The notes under the pieces were generated by a model that searched no databases, was not told the DNA's origin, and saw nothing but the letters and a program-made list of their open reading frames with translations. The translations under genes were made by a program, and so were the position numbers. DNA of 64,000 bases from Raillietiella orientalis (taxonomy: Eukaryota), in assembly GCA_036172245.1 (NCBI GenBank), contig JAYWIR010000037.1, forward strand, positions 1,798,001 to 1,862,000, given 5' to 3'. Below, one piece after another: positions 47,501 to 61,499 of the stretch (position 1 is its first letter; the number at the start of each line of letters is the position of its first letter).

Positions 47501-49100
47501 ACATAATGAGATTTTGGGTACAAAAACAGACCTTGATTCTAGCCCCCTATAATGGGAATGTGTTCCTTGTATATCACGTAAATTCTATTTGGGAGTGACA
47601 CATATAGATTATATGATGCACTTTTTTCCTAATGGAGGTTCCCGCTGCATGAAACCACCGAAGCTATGCAGATGACTTTAAGAGATCTGAATAAATAAGG
47701 GGAAAACACTCAACGCTCCAGAGGGGGAACCAGGATTGCAAAAGCATTGCAAGATGCAGTTTGGAAAAGGCCTCAAGGAACTGTCATTTGGAGACAGTGC
47801 ATCATGTAAATCTTCTCAAAGACTTCCTGTGAAACTCAGTGCTACTGAGGAGCAAATCGTGAGGAAGGTGCTTTCTTGTTGACCAAAATGTCCGTTCAAT
47901 AGGCCAGGAATTAACCAAAAAAAGATGTACTTGAAAGCCGATCGACCGAGGATATCGAGATTATCTGTGATGGCTTCAAGCAGGCACACCGGGTGCTCTT
48001 GCAAGAAATTTCAATTATTATTATTATTTTTTTCCTGTGGGAGACGAAAACTGTTTTCAAAACATTTAAGTTGATAAAGTTTGCCGCTGATCAAAAACTC
48101 TTGACTCAGATCTGAATTAGGCGAATTAAAAGGAAGAAGAGTCATTCTGAAGTTAAAAAAAAAAAAAAAATAATTACTGATTCAATTCAAGGGAAGTTTG
48201 GAATATTAGAAAGACACCAAAACTCTTCTCTAACTCCTATGCGTCAGTTCGTGATGAGTTCCAGCAAAACGTGAATTTTTCTCGAAACCGAATCTCCAAG
48301 AATCCCATCTTCCTCAGAATTCTTATGACTCGCTCTAGTCAAATAACCACTTTTTTCGTCCAATATGGCAGCGGCTGTCTCGTTCAGTCCAGTGATTTCG
48401 TGAGCCTCCATAATAGACTCTTGAACTGCTCGATTTCTACAGCAAGCCGTGCTCCAGAAGCGGAGAAAGACCGTTTTCCCACTCGATCACTGAATGAGGC
48501 ATTTTTTTAAAAATTATCCAGATAACGAGAAAGAGTTTTGGAAGGCACAGGAACTTGGGACGCTTGCCAAATCAAAGCTAGTTGTTCACACGCGTAAATA
48601 TTGACTGGTAGAAAAGCCTTTCTATGGAAACAACAGATAGCGTCATCCGCAGCGCGTGTTTGCAGAACAGTCTTAGAAAGCGAGATAACTCCTCTGTGAA
48701 GTTAACGAAGATGATGAGTGACGTCAAAGGGCTTGCAAAGATTTCAGAGGGACACATGCTCCAACACACGCGTCCCTATTTAGAAACCATGGGCGCCTTC
48801 GCCAGCAACGGAATATTCTCGTACACGAAGCAGATGAAGAATTGAAATCCAGCCATAGGTAGAAGAAAATTCCACCACTCACTTCAGCAATGTAAATCAC
48901 GGATGGGACTTGATGACAGAACAAAAATGGCGCCCTACGGTAAAGTGTTGTGGGAGGACATGCGTTCTTGTTCAAGTGTGCCTTGGACTCGGAATCCAAG
49001 CTGCGAACCGAAATCATTCATGTGGAAGACGCGGCAAAGAGCTCCGAATACGAAATGAAAATTCTACATTACGGAGCAACTGAGAAGAGCTTCCTAAGAT
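44600..49100 (-). mobile_element. Decayed plant-type L1 with ORF1, endonuclease, RT and C-terminal remnants
   Basis: EVSGGIFF...RRPWFLN (ORF 48724..49017; DUF4283-like GxFxF...PW), EHPVCLLEA (~47990; cf. LQET), KHARKKNIPIISLD (~47020; cf. LDFxKAFD), in L1 order. Confidence 0.6.
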
Positions 49101-49463
49101 GATGCTTTCTCGATTTTCCACACCACGTTGCGAAGGAGATAGCAAAACCACGAGGTGATCAGTTCATGGCCCGTACTTCAGTTACCAATCACAATTTCAC
49201 GGTTCCTGCCCGTGCGAAAGGAGTACAAGCCTGCATCGAAACTTTGGTGTGTTTACATATTCTAGAATCAATATCTTGATATAATTGACTGGTTCGATAG
49301 GGAGGGATTGAAAGCAATCACATAACAGCTCTGAATACTCTTCTTCCATAGTTTACCATGATCTCTCCTCATAAAGGGGGGGGACGTGAGGGGGAAAAAA
49401 AGAAAAAAATAGAAACGGCAATCAATAAAAGAGTTTAGCCTCTTCTATTGGAAAACACAAAAC

Positions 49464-49467
<4 letters not shown>

Positions 49468-49498
<31 letters not shown>
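49468..49498 (+). repeat. Poly(T)31 tract
   Basis: Read directly; could be a minus-strand retroposon tail. Confidence 0.9.
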
Positions 49499-49501
<3 letters not shown>

Positions 49502-50479
49502 CCTTTTGCGTAACATTTGGACGGTTTGCCTACCGTGTCTTTGGATGCGCAGCAGCTCAGCGGCAAGGATACAAGTAGGACGCAATTTTTTTCTCGCATG
49601 CTTTCGCCGTGCTCAAGGAAACACGTGTCCTACAAAGCTTCATGAAGTCACGAAAACACTCGGCGAGTGCGTGCTTTCTATGTGAATTGCTAATAAGCCA
49701 GAAGAAGAAGAACTGCAACGCGGAATGATTTCGCTGTGACCGAGTACTAGACTAATGACTTTGCCTCTTTCCGGAGAATGCTCTCCTCCTCATAGGCATC
49801 ATTTCTGTTAAAAAAAAGGAAAAAAAGAAGCATATCTATCTATCCTCTCTATGGGATTTTTTCATTCCGAAGAGGAAGCTCTCTGATCACAGGTCGTCTT
49901 CCCTGACCTTTCGGGACTGATCTCCGAATCACGGCAAGAACCCTCGGTCGCACGGATTCACGTGAACTCTGTTTCTCTTACCAGAAGCGCACGTCGAAGA
50001 TTTGCAATTAGAGACGAAATATCCGTAAGGACCATGTGCCATCAAGTTCGGCAAACAGCATCCATTCTCCACCCTGCAGATTCGATTGAAAGAGCAAGGG
50101 AAAAGTCTCCCATCCATCTGGACACCAAGGGCGAACAACACGATTTGGACAAAATGTCTGAATGGCTGCGTGTGTTTTCGCGCAACTCATAGTATCCGTT
50201 TTTTTTTTTTTTTTTTTTTTCTTTTTTTTGCGTGTGTGTTTTTTCCTGTCGCACTGAGGAACGTCACAGGTGCGTGCTAACACTCATTCGCTTCCATTTC
50301 GTTTCTCTCTTTCACACTCCTTCGAGACATCCATCTCCCCTCCGAAAGAATAAGTTCAGTTCTCCTTGTGCTGCTTTTTTTTCTTCTTTCTTTTCCTTCC
50401 TGGTTCTTTTGTATCTCGTATTCCCGCTTCATATCAGACGATTTCCAACGCCAAACTCTGCTGGAGCCAAGCACCTGCA

Positions 50480-51150
50480 GCTCATGAAAAGTAAAAACCC
50501 AAGGGTGGCGACTTGGAGTCTCGAAAATTTATCTTTCCGTGTGAACTTTGCGGAGGCCTCGCTTGCAAACTGTGAACCTAAGAGGATCTTCGGGGCGTTC
50601 GGAATAAAAAGTTCCCTTGCACTGATTTTCTGGAATTAGATGCCGATCAGATGGAATTTGAATCCTCTGTGTTCCAGAGTGGTTTTCTACTACCATTTCA
50701 CACAAACGGCAGCCTCAGAGCCTCGGAGCATTTATTAGCTCACGAACTGGGCAACTGGATCCGTGCGGAATTGCCTGGTAGGTTCCTCCGAAACAGTTCC
50801 AAATGCTACGGTAAATCCGTGATTCGGTTACATGAATGAGTGATAAATTTGCCATCACGAAGGAAATGAAGAAGCAAAAGCTGCGTGTGCGTCCGTTCAT
50901 ATAAATTTGAAATTTTGGCAATTAAAGAAATGAGTTTCTGATCCAGCTGCTTGCTTCTTTTGAGCTTGGAGATAAGTTCCGTTTAGTGAAGCTACAATGT
51001 CAAAACTAATCTCTCCTATTATTAAACTGACAGAGACTTCACGCTAATTAAATTCATGTGCTCAGGATGATAAACAGATAACGCACAATGGAAAATAGCC
51101 TGTTCCCTAATGACGGAGTGAGATCAATTTTCTCAGTGTCTTCCTTGTCT
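50480..51150 (+). mobile_element. Possible L1 endonuclease N-terminal remnant
   Basis: MKSKNPRVATWS at ~50485 resembles the APE start motif R(I/V)xTWN. Confidence 0.3.
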
Positions 51151-51204
51151 CAGTCAATCACAATATGGCCGTAGATTCAATGACCTACCCTACGGCTTTA
51201 TTGG

Positions 51205-51520
51205 TCAAATTAGAGTTCCCAACGCGTTTGTAAGATTTTCAAGTACACTCGGAACATTCGACTGAGACAAAAACCGACAAATACTGCCTCTTTGCTTTTG
51301 CCCCAAGAAACTCCAAAGGTGTTTGGGAATATTGGAAAGACGATTGGATTCTTCTTTCGCGAACAAAACAAGAGAGGAAATGAAGTCACAACAGATGACT
51401 TTCGAGATGCGATACACTTCCCATGATTTTCGTTGCAAGTGTTTTTAATAACCTCTGCAGCCAATTTCAGTGACTTTAGAGAAGCATTTGTTACTGAGTC
51501 TGGAAGAGGAAACATAAAGA
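51205..51520 (-). mobile_element. Plant L1 ORF1 remnant
   Basis: RLSNIPKHLWS in ORF 51205..51438(-) matches the WVRLxxLPxHLW motif of plant L1 ORF1. Confidence 0.45.
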
Positions 51521-51625
51521 AGACTGCGAATTCTGTTTTTTTTTTTTTTTTTCCTTCTAAAAAGAGAAGAACTGGGTTATACGTACAGCTTACATCGTGC
51601 CAGTTCTCATTTCATGGTTGCTATA

Positions 51626-51867
51626 CAGTGCACACATAGTATAGGAAAAGTGGTGTCATTTAAGGATGGTTGATGCTAAGCAATCCTCAAAAAATGCGCA
51701 TTTTTCTTAAATGCCCATTTCTATAAAGAATCTGAACAGGAAAAGCGCATTTTCAAAAAGTGTTTACTTAGCATCACTGATGTGAACGAACTTACCTAAA
51801 TGACAATTCGTTTCCTTACCACTTTGGGATACCCACCGCTTCTCGGTGCAACGCAAAGAGTGCACTC
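51626..51867. mobile_element. Candidate MITE with nested inverted repeats (Tc1/mariner-like ends)
   Basis: TA|CAGTGCAC ... GTGCACTC|TA ends. Internal inverted pairs AAAGTGGT/ACCACTTT, TGTCATTTA/TAAATGACA and TGATGCTAAG/CTTAGCATCA. Confidence 0.45.
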
Positions 51868-54499
51868 TAGAACTTCACCTTTGCAGTTTCTTGTGACAGT
51901 CCGCAAAATTTGCGCTTAGTGAGTTGCTTAGCGCCCTTTCCTTAACGATCCATAGAGTGTTCCATGTAGATTTTCTGGTTTCGTTCTCGGAAGATTGGCT
52001 GGTGTGTTCCTAATAGGTTTTGACTGCAAGGTCTTTGAGGACTTTAAGGCTCTGAATACAACTCTTGTGCCATGGACACCAATCCATGGTATCCTGTGTT
52101 GTAACAGCTTATTGTGTCGAGTTTTTGCAAACTGTTTGTGCATGCTGCACTAAGAATAGAGCACATACAGAGGAGAAGGAAACTTCTCTACTGTTGTCTG
52201 TGTACATAAGCCCATGTACGAATCACGCACCTTCGCTCTCAGTGAGATTGCATACCAAGAACTAGGTTGGGTCACAAAATATAACTATCCCATCAGTAGC
52301 TTTCTTCTTGAAGCCACGAAGACGTACTTCAGATTTTTAATAGACACTTTCACTCCGCGCCCCACACATCACAGAAAGGAAAACGTCCACGAATTGTCTA
52401 AATCTCGTATCACACAAATTCATATCCTCCAACTGCTTCCATACTCTCCGAAGTGCATGCCATGTGGTCTCAAGCAGACGATGCAGATGAAGCAGACGCT
52501 GGATCTGTAGGATGCGACACAAGTTTCTTGTAAGGATACTGAAAGCTTATTAAAGTAATAACGGATAGCGAGTCGATCGTCCTGAACCCGCTACCGGAAA
52601 TGCACTCCCTTGGAAAGGCAGCCGAAGAGATTAGTTCCTTGCTGCATTGCCTTGTCTTGAAATCTGATGGCTTTGTCAAAGAACCCGTAGTGAAACTTTC
52701 TCCGAGGAGGATCTTCAGATCTGGATTGGCTCTCAGGATCCCTTGGATGTCGGCAGCTACATGCCTCCTCAAGAATCAACAGTGAGGCCAAAATCAACCA
52801 AGTGTTCCTGAGAAAAGCAGAATGGCGTCAGGGGAGCACATTTTGAAGATGGAATAAAGACTCCGGAAAAAGAAGTCACGGGTTCTCTATCCGCACGTTA
52901 GGCAATTTGCTATTTGGTCAGTTTTTTTGCTGCTCTACAATGGATCTTCGCATGGGAGCCTCACGCAATGCCGTGCCTCCTCCTTCTGACCATCACTTCG
53001 TTGATCTTGTTTGAGAAATCCCGCTTCGAACGATTGACTTTGAGAAATGAGAAAAGACTAATGGCTCTGGCACTACTCTCCCCAGAAGTGCCTGCACACC
53101 AATGGAAAGGATAGCAAGTGTTGGTAGGCGTTAGGGCCGACGGAGGTGGGCATGGAAAACATTTTTACCTCAACGTCTCAGTGCATTCAGCTTGAAAGCA
53201 AAGACCTTTGTCTTTGCTTTCAGTGTAATCATTCGTGGAATTCTAAAGCTACGTAGTGATGTTCATCTACCATGTAGACAATACATCCTTTTCACAACCT
53301 TCAATTTGTCTTATTGATGAGAACGCACTCCCAAGAAGAAGAAGAAAAAAAGCACTTTTTGTCAATGAGCTTACAAAAAAGAAAAATGTATAATAGTGAG
53401 AAGCACATTTGGTTCCTACGCCGACGGAGCATATGATTTTTTTCCCTCTCCATTCTGAGAATGAGAAATTGGAGCATTCCTTGGAAACTGGGCAGGCGTT
53501 GCAGGGAGGGAGAAGACAGACAGATTTCGGAGCCAGATTGAATTCCTGTCTGCAAGTGCTGATTGAGAACCAAAACGAAGGCGAGCCGGATGAGTCCAGA
53601 ATTGTCATCTTGTGCTGTTCACGTGCAAAAAACAAAAAAGAAAAACATTTTTAATTTGCGAGAGCACAGTAAAGGGTTGGTGGAATTTCGTTTCATCCGT
53701 GAAAGATGAATCACGTAATATCTCAAGAAGATTGATGAGCTTTCTTCGCGAGTTCAACGTATGCAACGAAAATGGACGTGGTTTTTCGTCTGTCTGTTTT
53801 CCACGTGAAACATCACGCGATTTGAACACGCTTTAGTCACTCGCTCATGATTGATCCGTAAACGTAATTCTTTAAGCCTGGATTCTCTCATTGGATCTCT
53901 GCGAAATTCCGCTTCCAGACCGAGTTCATCTTAGAAGCAGTACGACCTGGATTTGCCTCCTTTTCTTCGGAACGTCTTGCACATCCCTGGACCACCCTTG
54001 ATCTCATGAGCTTGGTCTTGGAAGTCAGAGGTCCTCTCTCTTCAGGAAGAGCAGATTTTTATGGGGTGCACAGCGCTGCATTCGCACTGGAATGTGTCCA
54101 GTCCTGTTAGAATGGCAGACAGTCCAGAGAGTGGCGGAAATTCATTTCGCCGTCACCGTCGATGAGGACACGGCAACACGTGGAAGATGCGGGCAGACTT
54201 CAAGCGGAGACTTCAGCGTTCAAGAAATGGGCCATCTTGTCATGAGCGGAACTTTGGGTAATGAAGGGATCTCCGTATATTCAGAATCCGGAACGTGAGA
54301 ACAAAGGAGCCCTTCCTTATCCACGTGAACACGCCCACGAATGTGAGCGTTCACGAAGAAAGGAAAAATTCGGAGCATTCGCCTCGGATGCATATGCCTT
54401 AAGCAAAGATGAGTTTTTATGGATGGAAGAATTTTCCGTATCTGTTCAGTGCTTGCACGAAAGCTGTCTGTTATGCTGGAAGACTTTTATTTATAAAAG

Positions 54500-57400
54500 A
54501 AAAAAAACTTACGGAAGTCAGGACGTAACGTTATTCCAAGACCTAGAATATCTTACGGAGTGGCCGACGAGAAACGGTACGGAGGGGAATAGGCAAAAAA
54601 GAAGTAAGAAACAAAGTAAAGCACGTATTTCTTGTGGTTGGGGAGCAAGGGAAGGGATGATTGTCCGTTCCTTCGAGTTCTCTGCATCCTTTGCAGGATA
54701 CCAACGATCCTTATGACTTCCCAGGTGGATCCACCTCGACAGCCCTTTCGCTGCGACCGTCTCTCTCAGCCACGCACTTTGCAATAACGACACCGAGCTA
54801 CATAGCAGAGCGCTGTGACTGCGGCAGATGCTGCATGGCACTCCGCACAAAGAGGGGGGCTTCACTGGGGTTTTCCTCCGGGATCAAAAGGATCGTGGAC
54901 AAGCGTTTCCATAGAGACCGGTGGTCATCTTAGTGAAATAGCAGGTGTGGGGATCTGGCAAACTGCAAGAGAAGCTTGGAGATGAGTATCTGATCATTCG
55001 ACCGACATCTGAATAATTCGAATTTCTAAGCGCGCTTGATTGAAACAAAACGTCGCATTCATCTTAGTGTTTTAATCAAACAGATCGTGGATGTCATCAG
55101 CTTCGTGAAGACTTCATCCAGCAGTATGCTGACCGCGAGTCACTTTGTGTCAGTGTTTGTCTTCGTGAAATGATTTCCTTCAGAAGGCGATGCTACAAAA
55201 AGTCGATCTCTTTGCTCAGATCCGGTTCCTCGTATTCCTTGCATCCCAACCGCATCTGCCGGTTCCGAAAGACTCCAGTTAGTCCCTTCACAGTCTGTTG
55301 TTGTTTGTTTCTCCTCCTTGAGTACCCAAATCATCTGGCTTCATCTGCTGACTAGTTACACTTCTCGCCTCTTGCGTTGCGAAGTCTGAAAGCTACAGTC
55401 AGCACTTCTTCGCTCCAAGGATCTTTACGCTTACAACTATGGCTATGTCCAGAAGATGCACACGCAGTTCCTGCAACGAGACTCACTGTGGACAGTATGG
55501 ATTCACGAAAGCGGTCCATTTCCTACAGCCATGTCGCCGCTTCTGTCTTCGGAGATCGCCACCAGCACTGAGGGTATGGGAGATGTTCCTGTCGAGGTCC
55601 GAGAGGACGGAACTCAAAAGTGGACTAGAATAGGAGGCAATTAGGAAATTTCGGTCTCCCTGATCTCTGCAGTTCCGAGTCTTCATTTGATTCTCAGTCA
55701 TGATCGGATTTTCTTCGAACTCGAAATCAAAAACTTCAATGCTGGACGAAGGAGCCTTCTAAGAAAAAATTCGCTCCAGAAACGAGAAGTATCAGACGGC
55801 AGAAAAGATGCAGGTGGAGAAGAACAGCATTTCTCTGGGCCACTTTGGAACCTGGAACGAGCCGTTGCTTTCAGCGTCCCTCGCTTTCTGATCCAGCACC
55901 AATGTATGGAAACTTCATCCCCGATGTGACGAGGCATTTATTTTAAAATAATCGGATAGATGAAATTTGCTGTAGGAATAGTCCAGAGCTGCACTGAGAA
56001 TGCAGCTTCAGAATGAGCAGGTGGGAAGGAGTCGGAATGCCAACGGGTGCATTCAGGAGCAGAAGGTAAGGCGGACAGGCCTCACACTTGATGGTGGTCA
56101 TTCGCGAGACTCCGGGTCACCGGGTGCCACCCGCCTAACCGCAATCGCCTTTCTGTATCACTCTCCTGTTTTGGGCACACTCGCTTGAGAGCATCGGAGG
56201 TTGCAGACAGCTTCCTCGGGTGACGACCACTCCCTTCTTCCAGATAGATTTGTTGTCTGCATGTGGCAGAAGGATGCCAGTAAGGAGAGCAGCCGATGAG
56301 GGCGAACATCCTTCTGAATAGAGAAAGGAATCGTCTAGGAGCTGGAGTGCTCCTGCTAAGAAAATCCAGTCATGCTGCATCCTCTGAAGCATACGGAAGC
56401 TCTTGTGGAAGGGTGACCACGATTCCACAGTGTCAAATGCTCCTTGAGGGATGCGTGGCTGCATTCTGGTGGCGCAGTGGAAGGGTGGAGTTGGTCGGAA
56501 AACCTAAAATCTCTAGCTTGTACCGAGAGATTGCAGGAAACTTCTTCCATCTTTAGGGGAGGGGGAGATAAGACTGCTCTTTGCTTTCGACGAGCGAGCT
56601 CCAGCAGAAGACCTTCATGGTTTAGATGCGATCAACCCAAACCTCCTTCAACTTAGACTGAGCATTTGACTCGGCTTTTCTAGAAGGCAGCAAACTAGCT
56701 GCAGTGGAGGACGGTCTTCTTTGAAAACTGCAGCCTCCATATGGACCAGATAGCAAATTCTCCCGTAAAAATGCGTCTCGTGCCTACTGGTGCGTCCCTA
56801 ATCGCTTTCAGGATGCACTCGTGCACTTCGTTAGACGAAAGCGCATTGAAGACTTCTTCAGGAAGGTGCCTGTGATTTTCTGCAAATGTTCGTCATGAGA
56901 AAATGGTGCAGGCGACTGAAGTAGAATCTTTGGGAATGTCTTTGTGCGTCAGCTGCACGCCGTCTCGTTGGTGCGACGGGCTTGATGATCCCCGGGATCT
57001 GACAGGCTGCTCTCCCGTCGGCAGAAAATCCAATCTCCTCATCTCTCTACAGATGCAGGAGATAACACATGGCATCACAGTAAACAGGCTGGGGTTTTTC
57101 AGGATCGTGGTCGGAGGAGGACTTCCTCAAGCGGTGAGTGATGCGCTGTAAAGCCCAGAAACAGAAGTGATCTCAGAGACGGGAGTGCAAGGGCGCCGTA
57201 GCAATGAGGCCTTGCGAAGGCATCGCGTTCAGATTGATCATTTTTCAGGCTTTCTCGAGGGCAATACGCTGCTTTTCGTCACCTGCGCATGGTAATGCGG
57301 TGGACCGGGGGCACTGCTCTCCCGGTTCCAACACCTACCCCAATCCAGTGGTATAGGTGGATCCAGAAGGCGCGACACCGAACTTGGAGGGTAGGCGGAA

Positions 57401-57900
57401 GGGCTCGTGGAAGAGGGGAGGATGGGAAGGGAGGGGGCAGATAGCTGGCCAGAAGTCACTCGTGGTGGCCCGCCCGTCAGCCACGTGCCCTCGACAGCCG
57501 CGCGGTCGTGGAGTTGCGCTGCCGACGTTCGAATGAGACCGGCTGCTCCGTTCTTCCGCAGAAATCCGTCTTTCCTCACTGTGCTCACCACGTGGGCATG
57601 ACGCTTCCTTCTCGCCTTACCCTCACCCCATGTCCGTGACCACACTTCTCGAACCTTTTCCTCCTGGAAAAAGAGAAAATAAAATATGAGAAAAGTGGCC
57701 TGCCTCCTTTTTCCTGGATTTCATCTGCCACTCCCGTTCATGCCTGCTGGATGCTGGAAACGAATCGATCGATGAGCAAGATTCCTTAGCTCCTCCTTCC
57801 TGCTCTCCCTTCGCGGCAGCCTCCTTAACAGAGTCGACTGTCTGCTGAAAGCAGGGAGACCGACTGTCTGTCAAGCAGCGTCAGTTCTGACGAGATCCAG
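54500..57900 (-). mobile_element. Decayed L1/Tx1-like LINE with internal deletion
   Basis: P/S-rich ORF1-like region (57.9-57.2 kb) followed directly by RT-like GLYSAS, PSLF, FAEN (~56880; cf. FADD), EILGF and IYLEEGSG (~56240; cf. PxEEGGLG). Confidence 0.45.
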
Positions 57901-58413
57901 GAGGGAGAAAAAACAACAGCTGACTCCCCTTTCCACCTATGCTTCGCCCTAATCGCGACCACTCACAAGACCCTCCCCTATTCCGGTTCTCTTGAATTTC
58001 GGACGCCATATTGGAAAATAAGATCGCGTGCAGAGAGCACTTCTCGCTCCTGTGTCCCACATAAGGAAAGGGGCATCTCCTGTTTTAAGAATGTTTGAAC
58101 TGGAGCGATCTTCGGCTCTGCATCATCAAAGTGAGCCTCCCTGAGCTTAGAGATTTTGACTGGAAAAACGGTGATCGCCGAGCTTCCCGTCCAGTAATAT
58201 TCTTATCACGGAGAGCGTCTGCTGCTTGAACAAGCAGAGGCATTCCTCAGCATCCTGGGTTCTCGCCTTGAGACACACTCTGACGGATGAAACGGCAAGA
58301 CTCTTCTAGTCGGGAAGGCAGCCACCAGCCGTCGCCGTCTCAGTTTAGTCAGGAAGGGCGAAAAAAGATGAGTCACCTTTCGGAAGACAATTCTCTTGGT
58401 CCTGGCAGGACAT

Positions 58414-58692
58414 CAGGACCATTGGAGCATTTTGGTACGTTAATAAACCGTGAATGTTATGCCAGTTTGACACAAACTATGCCGCGTGCACGTAGACAGG
58501 ACACTGCGCACACGTGAGCACTGTACTCCAGGAATGTGGACAACATGCCAGGACCATCGGAGCATTTTCATACGTGGATACTGTACCGTACTACCGATAT
58601 ACCCGCGGATGTTATGACAGTTTGATACAAACTATGCCGCATGCACGTGCACATGAGCACTGTACTCCAGGAATGAAGACAGCATTCCAGGA
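58414..58692 (+). repeat. Imperfect tandem duplication, ~135 bp unit x2
   Basis: CAGGACCATTGGAGCATTTT...ATGTTATG.CAGTTTGA.ACAAACTATGCCGC...TGAGCACTGTACTCCAGGAATG occurs at 58414 and again at 58549. Confidence 0.9.
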
Positions 58693-59905
58693 GTACGTGC
58701 ACTTTGTATCGTACATGCATCAACGCTATATGAAAAGAGCTGAAGAGATACTTTTTGTTAGCAATCTCAAGACCTCATGTAAAATAGCATTGGACCGCAA
58801 GTCTCTTACGAAAGGAGGCAGACCCCCTGTGAGGGTCCAGCTGCAGTGCAGAGAATTCAAGATCCTCCGTGGCCCTGAAGGAAAAGTTCTCTTCGAGATG
58901 GCCCGTGGTGGACAAGCGAGTTTGGTCTATCGCAAAGTCTCACCTCCTCCTGAAAGTGCTGGCAACCGATAATGCAAGGAGTGGAAACCTAGCGTCTGTC
59001 TGCGACCAATATCCTACCAGGAGTTTTGCAGGGTGAAATAGGCATCAGGAACTGTGACCGAGCACTTGCCTGGATATACCGTTGCATCTTGAAGAAGATG
59101 GCGAATGTTGCCCAAGTGCGCGGAATATCCTTCAGATCTTAATCACCCCATCCCACAGAAAAATTGAACGTTGAACCTTGATTGTAACACTCAGGACCAA
59201 CTTCTCTGTGCAGAAAACACTCAAAAAAGCGTCTACAGAAACATGTGATTGTTGTAACTGTTAATAATTCGTCCAATAGGTTCAGCCCATCACTGGTAGG
59301 ATTGGAGGCAAGGGAGCTTTGAGAAGTTTCCGATTCCGAATTGAAATTGAGCGGATACACTCCTACACCATTTTGTGGATTCTGGATGAAGCTTAGCGAC
59401 CGATCAGGTTGCCTTAACTTCCCCAGGGCTCTTTTGTGTGAGTTCAAAACGCAGCGAAACAAAAACTGCTTTTACTTGAAATGGCTTGAAGTTCTCGTTT
59501 GCAAGTACCTGAAGATTTGGGTGTGAGGGCTATGAATAAATGAGTCATGTCGAGGTACATGCGAACGGCCAGCAGGTAGGACAAACTTGCTGTGTGTGTA
59601 CATCGACACTTTGCTTGTGAGAAACAGAAGTGAGCGAAAAGTGCCCCCTGATCTCATCCTGCGTCATGCCATTGGTCCACGGGACAGATCTGTGGCCTCT
59701 TCCTCGGTGGCATCGCCAAGGGACCGGTGCACGGAGTCAGCCGACGCTGGAGCTCCATGCTTGCCGTCTCAGTCTGTCGGTCAGGGCTTGAGACAAATTC
59801 AGCCAAGTACCTACTCTTAAAAGGAGCAGGAAGCCCTCAAGGAACTTCGTTCGCATAGTTCGAGATCCGCGTTCGTGGTCGAACCCTTTGTGCCTCTGTT
59901 ACGGA

Positions 59906-59908
<3 letters not shown>

Positions 59909-59938
<30 letters not shown>
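59909..59938 (+). repeat. (CT)15 microsatellite
   Basis: Read directly. Confidence 0.97.
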
Positions 59939-59942
<4 letters not shown>

Positions 59943-61499
59943 TTGTGCTTTGCAGAGGCATCATGGTAGTTTTGCAGATCTACGCATCTGTAGGTCACAA
60001 AGTACGAAGGGGCGTTCACGAGCATGGCTGCCTTATATTAAGATGTACTGATGAGAGTTCCACCTTTTCAAAAGTGCACATGTGTTCCTTACACGCGGTG
60101 CGTGCAGATATCATGAACGAATATCCACATCTTCAGACTTTTCCTCCAAGGCCACGCAACACACCTCCAGTACTCTGCATTAGACTTTTCGTTAGTCAGC
60201 TTGCAGCGTGGAAATGGCGCCGAGCCGAAACAGGAGATGCACGCATCCAGATCGGAAACCAAGCGCTGGGAGCAATCCAACCTCCATGTGCTGAATAAAG
60301 CCCGTTGAAGGAGGAAATGGATCAGTTCACAGATTGCGAAATCTTTCTAAACGGTTCCTCTGCATGCGCTGATTCACACGACGCGCTCAAAATTGCGCGC
60401 AAAATCTGTGAAGTGTCTCGCAAAAGTGTCGCATACACATATCTTCAAATTCTCTAAAGTTTCTTCGCCATCGGGGATTTTTCGGTTGCGAGATCTCGCG
60501 TTTGGACTCTCTTATACATCTCTTGCCTGTCAGTTTGCAACAGGTAAGCGCAGCACGCTCTGCTGCTTTTCGAGGATAAAAATGCCCATAAAACATCTTT
60601 CCTCGTAAATCCCCAAACGGTATTCCTTTCCTCACCCTTGTTGTGGTCCAGAACGAGACCACTTGCTCTAAAAGTCACTGAGGAGAATGCATCTGAAAAA
60701 TCGGAATTCTGCTTTTCCCATTGGATGTTGCAGGCTGGAGTTTCATCTGGGGATTTATTAGTGAATAAGCGGCTTCGTGAAGCTCAACACCCCACGGATT
60801 TGTCGGAGCAGCACCAGGAATTGCGTTTCTTAATTTTTTTCTTCTTTTTTTTTGTTGTTGGCCGATCCTTCCATCACTAGAATGTGAGAATCAAAACGAG
60901 AACACCAAAGTGTTCCCTATATATTGACTTCGGCGGACCATTGCTTCGGTCTTTTCAGTCATCGAACTTGATGAATTCGGGAAAAAAAAGTATTTCCTGT
61001 GCTTTGAAGCACAACTACAAGTTCTAGCAAATCTGTCGAGCCTTTCGTGTTTGAAATGTTTGTAGCATTTTGCCTTCAAGCATCATCCGTTTTCATCAGA
61101 TGAAAGGGGAAAGGTTCTGATTTGCTGCAAAGTTCTTAAAGTATTTCTTATCAACATCAGGAATCTCCTCTTTTAAATACCTCCATTTCAAAAGGCATTC
61201 TCTTCATTGAGATAAGCTCTGCAAAGGAATCATCACTTCAAGGATGTAGGTGTTGCCTTGATAGGACTCTCAGTCACATCTGTAGAGGTGACAGGGTGAT
61301 GCACTGAAACACTTTGAATCTACTTTGGAGCATTCGGCAGTGGGATGAATTCGAACTTTGACGTCATACGTCGTACCGGTAAAATAAAACAGCTTTCTTT
61401 GCATGGGCTTGTCAACTGTTCTTTTGCAAATTCACTGAGTTATCCTATGTGGTGCGAACCTCCATAGTTTACTGCTGTCTCGTGGGAACACCAACCCAA

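Noticed and set aside
48578..48769. KHALRMTLSVVSIERLF read as a hAT transposase dimerisation motif
   Set aside because: It lies directly downstream of DUF4283-like L1 ORF1 motifs and upstream of endonuclease/RT remnants, so L1 ORF1 is the simpler explanation; no other transposase motifs are present.
49520..49599. Signal-peptide-like exon MREKNCVLLVSLPLSCCASKDT followed by GT on the minus strand
   Set aside because: Too short, with no supporting downstream exons; compatible with chance.
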